From: Paramicrosporidium saccamoebae KSL3
Taxonomy: Eukaryota; Fungi; Cryptomycota
Direction: 5' to 3'
Length of the DNA stretch: 32,000 bases
NCBI GenBank assembly: GCA_002794465.1
Contig: MTSL01000190.1
Span: 20,124 to 52,123 of the forward strand
The position numbers were made by a program, and so were the translations under genes. The notes beneath the pieces are model-generated. The model saw only the letters and a list, made by a program, of their open reading frames with translations. It was not told the DNA's origin and ran no database searches. Shown here one piece after another: positions 26,313 through 32,000 of this stretch (the first letter of the stretch is position 1; every line of letters starts with the position of its first letter).

Positions 26313-27690
26313 TTATCCCTCTTGTCCAAAGTCGGCAGTAAATTTGACGTGTTCAGCAATGTCCTTGTCGCTGACTGTCGGTCGTGTTGTTTGCAGCGAC
26401 TTGAGAAAGTCAGCCAGGCCCAGATCCGGCTCTAGCAGCTCATCGCCCTCCACATCCGTCCAGTGCTTCTCGATAGCCCCCGCGTCCCCAGGCGAACAGG
26501 GTGTTAGATATCGTCTTGTCCGCTTTGGATCAGCACGATCCGGTCCTTCAACTTGCTTGAAATGCGTCGCCCCCTGCACCTTTCGTACTGGCTGCATCAG
26601 TGCATCCCGCACCACTGTAGCAATATCCGCACCTGAATAGCGTTCCGTGCATTGACCGAGTTGTTTATAATCCTCCGGACGCAATAGACAGGGCGTGTTC
26701 TTAATATGGATCTGGAACATCCGGGATCGGGCCGGGGCTTCGGGCAAGGGAATGTAGATGCGTTTCTCAAAACGACGTCGAATCGCCGAATCTAATGCCC
26801 ACGGCAAGTTGGTGGCGCCCAGGATGAGAATTCCCGTAACGTCATTCCCCACCCCATTCATCTGCACCAAAAATTCCGTCTTGATGCGACGTGACGCCTC
26901 ACTCTCGCCTTCTCCACGTGCACCGCACATTGAATCGATTTCGTCAATGAAGATGATGCAGGGTCGATTCTTGCGGGCCAACTCGAACATTTGCTTCACC
27001 AGCTTTTCCGATTCGCCCATCCACTTACTGACCAAATCTGCTGATGAGATGGACATGAACGTCGATTGCGCCTCTGTCGCCACCGCCTTGGCCAAATACG
27101 ACTTTCCTGTTCCCGGTGGACCATATAGCAAAATTCCACGCCATGGGGTGCGTTGGCCCGTGAATAAATGCGGGAATTTAATGGGAAGAATCACTGCCTC
27201 CTTCAACGCCTCCTTAGCGCCCTCCAATCCCGCAATGTCGTCCCAACGCACATTTGGCTTTTCCGTCAGGATGGCCTGCGACAGGGTGCTCTGCATCTTT
27301 GCATTCTCCTCATCCCTATAGTGTCAATCTTTGAACCCATTATATACTTGCTATCCCCTCCTCCTCCTCCTCCCCCGCCTCCACCGCCAGAAGCGGCTGC
27401 CTTCTTTTTGGGCGGGTTCGTCTTTCCTTCATCTATGGCCGTCTTGAGTTTTTCCATCCTGTCCAAATACTCGGCCACCTTTTTCCTAATAGTCTCCTTC
27501 ACCTTGTCATTTTTCTCGTATTTGACAGCAGTCATGAAATGCTCCACGCCAGAGTCGTACAGTCGGTATGCTGATTCATAATTTCCCGCAGAGTCCTCCT
27601 CGGTGGCCTGTTTTGTAAGCGAAATTGCCTTCTACAATCGACATTAACCCTGTCATGGATGCTTACCTGAAAAAACTCGGAATGGCTCAT
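26313..27690 (-). CDS. VPS4: VPS4 AAA ATPase, 436 aa; exons 27690-27667, 27631-27348, 27315-26313
   Basis: MIT domain ([25 protein letters not shown]), [31 protein letters not shown] and a beta domain with LTPCSPGD. Introns of 35 and 32 nt. Poly-Gly linker of about 11 residues. Confidence 0.97.
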
Positions 27691-27733
27691 GTAATTCTAT
27701 GAGGCGAGACGGACAACGTGTTGTAAACTCGAC

Positions 27734-27948
27734 AGCCAATGAACGCTTTTGTTGCCATTTGGCCAATCATTTTATTTGCAAGAATCCTATCACCATGGCA
27801 AAAATCTGGCTATCTTAATGTCGTAGTGCGCTAATGTCTTGGCGTTTGTCGTAGAATTACAGCTATTGTAAAGTAATGGAATGATTAGCTGAGGGATATA
27901 GGGTGGACCGCATGGGAGAGCCAATGGCGAGCAACGGAAAGATTGGCC
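27734..27948. promoter_or_regulatory. Four CCAAT boxes in the divergent VPS4/SRP72 spacer
   Basis: AGCCAATGA (CCAAT at 27736), GGCCAATCA (27763), AGCCAATGG (27921) and ATTGG (27942). The first three fit the NF-Y/HAP consensus RRCCAATSR. Confidence 0.5.
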
Positions 27949-28088
27949 CTCTATCCGTGTTTTGGCATCTTTTCCACTATGCGGGAATACTCTCACCAGG
28001 CAACACCACTGCTACAGTTTCAACCATAGTAAATTATTAATTGGCACAACTATTAAAATCAACTATCTCGTTCCGCCAATCAGAAGGA

Positions 28089-29330
28089 ATGGAAAAGGTA
28101 GCACGTCTAATTGACCAGGAACTTTTTGGAGAGGCCATCACCGCTATAGATAGCTTGCTAGTGGAGGCTGACGATAATAGCGAGAATGAGTTGATACGGG
28201 CAAAAATAGTGCTGCTAGTTTTGGAGGAGAATTTTGCAGAGGCATTAAACTTGCTTAACACCACGGACGTTTCCACGGAAGGGCTCGTGTTTGAGCGTGC
28301 ATACTGCCAGTACCGTCTTGGAAAGTACCAAGCAGCGCTCGAGATTGTTAATGGCGCCGAAGGAAGTGACCCTCGGTTGTACACTTTAAAGGCACAAGTG
28401 CTGTATAGGCTGAACCGCTTCTCGGAATCCCACCAACTCTACCGAACCCTCCTCTCAGCGGCCACAGAAGACGACGAACGTCTCGTCGTCAATTGCAACG
28501 CTGCCCATGCCCTCGATACCGAAAGCACGGTCAGCCCAGTGTCAGTTAATGATTCCAGCGAGACGCAGTTCAATTACGCCTGCCATCTTGCCGGACGTGG
28601 TGATTACGACCAAGCATTGGATGTGATTGACACTAGCATCCAGTGGGCAAAAGAAGCGTCGATGGATGATTCGGTTGACAGTGAACTGCGTCAATTATAC
28701 GTGCAAAAGGCATTTATTCTATCCAAAATGAATCGTCTGGACGAGGCCAAGACGATTTTAAAAGCAATTCCCCCTGCAAATGATGCCGTGTCCTTGCTGG
28801 CTCAATTCAATTATCATGTTGTCTCTGAGAATGAGACAGTGTCAAGAAATGCAGTTGGTAGCTTGCTAAAAGACGGAAAATTGAATCCGCTCCAAAGACA
28901 ATATGCACTGCTCAATTTGGCTGTTGTCTCTATCAAGGAGAACCGGCTCAAGGCAGCGGCACGGATCCTAAGGAAACTTGTTAACGTAAAGCCCATGAAA
29001 GGACTTGCCACGTCTCTACTGTTGCGCGTGTTGCAATCCATAGGATCGGTGACAGAAATCAAACGGCGTTCCGAAGAATGTGAAATGATGAGAATTGCTG
29101 TTGAGTTGGACCTTGTTCTGCGTGGGAAAAAGAAGGAATTTTCTGAACAGCTACTCAAGTATCCTGGAATACAAAGTGTCCTATACTCGGTCAATGGGAA
29201 AATGTACCCCGCCCGCAACGATGCATTCAAGGCCAACAAGTTATCAGATACGATCAAACTGCTCGGCAAGCTTGAGCAGACGAGGGACGTTAAGAAATCT
29301 CTCGAAATTGCTCAACTGTTGAATAACTAA
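28089..29330 (+). CDS. SRP72: Signal recognition particle subunit SRP72, TPR region only, ~413 aa
   Basis: LVFERAYCQYRL, LKAQVLYRLNRF, ETQFNYAC and LYVQKAFIL match SRP72 TPR blocks. First in-frame ATG is at 28089; the ORF-track start at 28041 is a TTG. Confidence 0.88.
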   Translation: MEKVARLIDQELFGEAITAIDSLLVEADDNSENELIRAKIVLLVLEENFAEALNLLNTTDVSTEGLVFERAYCQYRLGKYQAALEIVNGAEGSDPRLYTLKAQVLYRLNRFSESHQLYRTLLSAATEDDERLVVNCNAAHALDTESTVSPVSVNDSSETQFNYACHLAGRGDYDQALDVIDTSIQWAKEASMDDSVDSELRQLYVQKAFILSKMNRLDEAKTILKAIPPANDAVSLLAQFNYHVVSENETVSRNAVGSLLKDGKLNPLQRQYALLNLAVVSIKENRLKAAARILRKLVNVKPMKGLATSLLLRVLQSIGSVTEIKRRSEECEMMRIAVELDLVLRGKKKEFSEQLLKYPGIQSVLYSVNGKMYPARNDAFKANKLSDTIKLLGKLEQTRDVKKSLEIAQLLNN

Positions 29331-29555
29331 TAAACAACGGGTATTCTCATTGTTCGAATGCTGAACACCTAGTAACTGGTGGGTGTCCCATTGTCCAAAT
29401 ATTAAATAACTAATAAATAATCTCATTATTCATTGCTCATTGCATATACGGCCTTTGCGGACGCAGCGCAGTTCGTGACCAGGGCGGGAGGTGACCTTTA
29501 GACGGGAATTTAGTCGCCGCGTCACCTTGACACATTGAAACTGAGTGGTCATCCG

Positions 29556-31230
29556 ATGCTAACCACCAACCACGACGCTGGGCGTCCTCTCTCCAACCAT
29601 GGTAGTTCCATGGAGCGACTGACCTGTAGACCGGTGCGAGCCACCCTATCCGCTGTGTGATGACCCCGCCTATACGCTTACTCGTCCCCCCGCACCCCGC
29701 CCACCGCCTCGTACTGTTTCAGACTTTTCGGGCTTTGAATCGTTCCTGGCCACGCTGGGACTGGTCCCACCTCAAAGTCCACATGTCGCCAAACTAAACA
29801 ATCTATTGGCAGTGGTGGAGGGACATCCTGAGCGTCGCGCCTTGCGTCAACTGCTGGCGGATGCGCAGCCTAGACAGTCCAAATGGTTTGATCCGGGGAG
29901 ATCGGGCCAGGCCGAGCTGTATGATGCTCTTGAGAGAATACTGCTGCAATTGAAGAACACGGTGCCCCATTCGTTGCCCTTTCTGCAGCGTGTAAATAGG
30001 AAAGAAGTGCCCGATTATTTCGACGGTCACATTACTGGACTGCGCTGATTGTGTAGTGGTGAAAAAGCCCATGGATCTGGGAACAATGTATAAAAAGATG
30101 AAGACTTTTTCATACATTAACAAGACGCAATTTCTGTCGGATTTGGAGCTAATGTACGATAATTGCTATCTGTATAACTCTGAGCCTGTAAATTGCAATC
30201 TCTAGGCTCATTGTGATAGGAAAGTCCGTTTCGGAACCACGTGAATATTCTAAAAGACCGATGGACAACACTCTTGCAGGCTGTGCCTGATATTGTGGTG
30301 GGTGGCGGGTTGAAAGATGAAATGGACACTTTGCTGAACGACCATCTGAGTCGGCTGAGCGAAGATGATTCCTCGGCTGGCTCAATTGCCAGTACATCGC
30401 ATCACAGTCTGCCCCAGCCGACTCCTTTGAAGAATCAGACTGAAGTGGGGTTGCACGAGCTGGAATTGCCGATCCCCAGGAGAAGTGCGGTAGGAATGGG
30501 TGGATACCATCGAAGTCGCAGTAATCCCGAAACAATGCACTTTCATCAATCCTTTCCTGATTGCATTCCGCCAATACTCTCCAGGAGGGTGGAAAAGACT
30601 ATAGTCAATGTTCCGCTTGATAAGGATATATACGAACAGTGTGACTTGTTGCGGCAGGTTAGAGCCGCAACAAATGGAACTGCTCTTACTGCATCTCCCC
30701 CACCAAACATACGAAGCTATTCCTCTGGCAATGTGTACACTCCTCGTCTTGGTGATGCGGTTCTATTGCCGGCGCTGGGATGGCTGCTGCTGCAAGCCGG
30801 ATTCCAGTCTTTTAACCCCGCCGCCGCCTCCCTCCTCTCTGACCTCACGAGCCATTTTATCCTAGAAATGCTGCAGTCCCTTAAACTGTTTATAGAGTGC
30901 ACCACATCTGACGCCATCACCCTCAACCTCGCTCTTGCTTCGCATCTTCTCGCTGATCACACCCGTCGCAGAGCCAAAACTCTTCTCCGGTACGTTCAGG
31001 ACCAACCCGTGCACATCCGACGTCTTACCAAGGCGCTATCGTTGGTTAAGCAGCGGAAGGAGCCATCGGAGCCGAGCGAGTCGATGATTGTGGATGAAGA
31101 GGTGGATCTGGAGCTGCTGGGCGATCCAGCGGGATGGGTGCCTGCCAAGAGACCTCTTGCAGAGTCCGAGGGGGAGGAGGCCTCGCTTCAGGAGCTTCTC
31201 AATGATAACTTTGTACCATCCGAGAGATAG
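29556..31230 (+). CDS. SPT7: SAGA subunit Spt7-like (bromodomain + histone-fold), ~527 aa; exons 29556-29601, 29630-30025, 30057-30187, 30220-31230; 5' end uncertain
   Basis: GQAELYDALERILLQLKNTVPHSLPFLQRVNRKEVPDYFDVVKKPMDLGTM...DNCYLYNS is an Spt7-type bromodomain. LLLQAGFQSFNPAAASLLSDLTSHFI is a histone-fold. Introns of 28, 31 and 32 nt keep frame. Confidence 0.85.
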
Positions 31231-31344
31231 TACATTTTGTATAAATTTTATTTGTATTTCGCCCCGGCGTCTACGATAAACACCAACCAATGATTTCAAA
31301 GCGCGCGAAATTATCCCTTTCTTTTCGATAGTGACAGGAACAAC

Positions 31345-32000
31345 ATGCAGCCTGACCATCAGTCTCCCTCCTCCACCCACACCAATGGCGCTGTAAATAG
31401 TTCTACAACTGGTAATGTAAACGGTGCGACGACTGGAACTGCCAATACTAACACTAGCGGGTCTCCGTTCAAGAGCACCCCGTTTGGAGCTGTTCCCGAG
31501 AAACGCGCCAGCATTGATGAATCCTGGGTAAATGTGGACTGGAACGAGCTGGCCCGCAAGACTCAGGCTGAGGGACTGAGCCAAGCGGGAAAGTCTGAGA
31601 CGACTGAAAAGGTTGAAAAGACGGAGCCAATTTCGTTTGGATGGGGTGCCAAGCCCCACTTTGAAACCCCGAAAGACATTCCGTCGCCACAAAAGCCCGT
31701 GGATTTGTTCAAGCCAACAGAATACAAGCCCGAATCTCCCTACAAAGCCTCTGAACATAAGGCCCCCGAGTACAAGGCGTCCGAACACAAAGCCCCCGAA
31801 CATAAAACCGAGTCTCCTTACAAGGCTTTCGAGCACAAAGCACCCGAACATAAAATCGAGTCGCCCTATAAGGCACCTGAACACAAGGTAGAGTCCCTCT
31901 TCAAGGCTACCGAGTCTCCTGTCAAGGCTTTTGAACACAAATCAGAGTCGCCTTACAAGGCCCCCGAGCACAAAGTTGCTGAACATAAAATCGAGTCCCC
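31345..32000 (+). CDS. Unknown low-complexity protein with ESPYKA/PEHK repeats (5' part; runs off the window)
   Basis: Open frame from ATG 31345 to the window end (218 codons). The repeat units vary at synonymous positions while the peptide is conserved. Confidence 0.8.
   Translation, partial: MQPDHQSPSSTHTNGAVNSSTTGNVNGATTGTANTNTSGSPFKSTPFGAVPEKRASIDESWVNVDWNELARKTQAEGLSQAGKSETTEKVEKTEPISFGWGAKPHFETPKDIPSPQKPVDLFKPTEYKPESPYKASEHKAPEYKASEHKAPEHKTESPYKAFEHKAPEHKIESPYKAPEHKVESLFKATESPVKAFEHKSESPYKAPEHKVAEHKIES

Noticed and set aside
13331-27690. Functional cluster of FIGNL1, VPS4 and Pom33 (nuclear-envelope remodelling)
   Set aside because: The genes are separated by unrelated housekeeping genes and are not tandem paralogs; chance adjacency in a compact genome is sufficient.
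29340-29400. tRNA gene suggested by GTTCGAAT at ~29362
   Set aside because: No cloverleaf stems or A-box could be built around it.
31036-31938. 300-aa minus-strand ORF
   Set aside because: It is the antisense shadow of the SPT7 3' end and the repeat protein; the plus frame shows the synonymous-site pattern of real coding.

Overview
Very gene-dense eukaryotic DNA with tiny spliceosomal introns. I reconstructed 17 by hand: sixteen are 28-35 nt and one is 86 nt, with the branch point directly next to the 3' AG. The genes are fungal/opisthokont-like, so the source is probably an early-diverging, compacted fungal relative (Rozellomycota / early microsporidia such as Paramicrosporidium; this is inference only). 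Genes in order: 3' end of an unknown gene, POL2, a signal-peptide/LEA-like/HSP20 protein, an orphan membrane protein, a plant-type GT37 fucosyltransferase-like protein, an LMBR1-family protein, FIGNL1, RPS27, a Tom20-MYND-SET fusion, RPC1, a short NDUFA12-family gene, an SLC17-type MFS transporter, a nucleoplasmin-FKBP (Fpr3/4-like), Pom33/TMEM33, VPS4, a C-terminally truncated SRP72, a compact SPT7, and the start of an SPYK/EHK-repeat protein. Non-coding features: two inverted copies of a TG...CA solo-LTR-like element, each with its own 4-bp TSD, bracket the HSP20 gene, and several intergenic spacers each carry a different minisatellite. The strongest leads are the Tom20-SMYD fusion, the LEA-sHSP locus and the degenerate GT37. 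All homology calls come from recalled family motifs; no searches were run.
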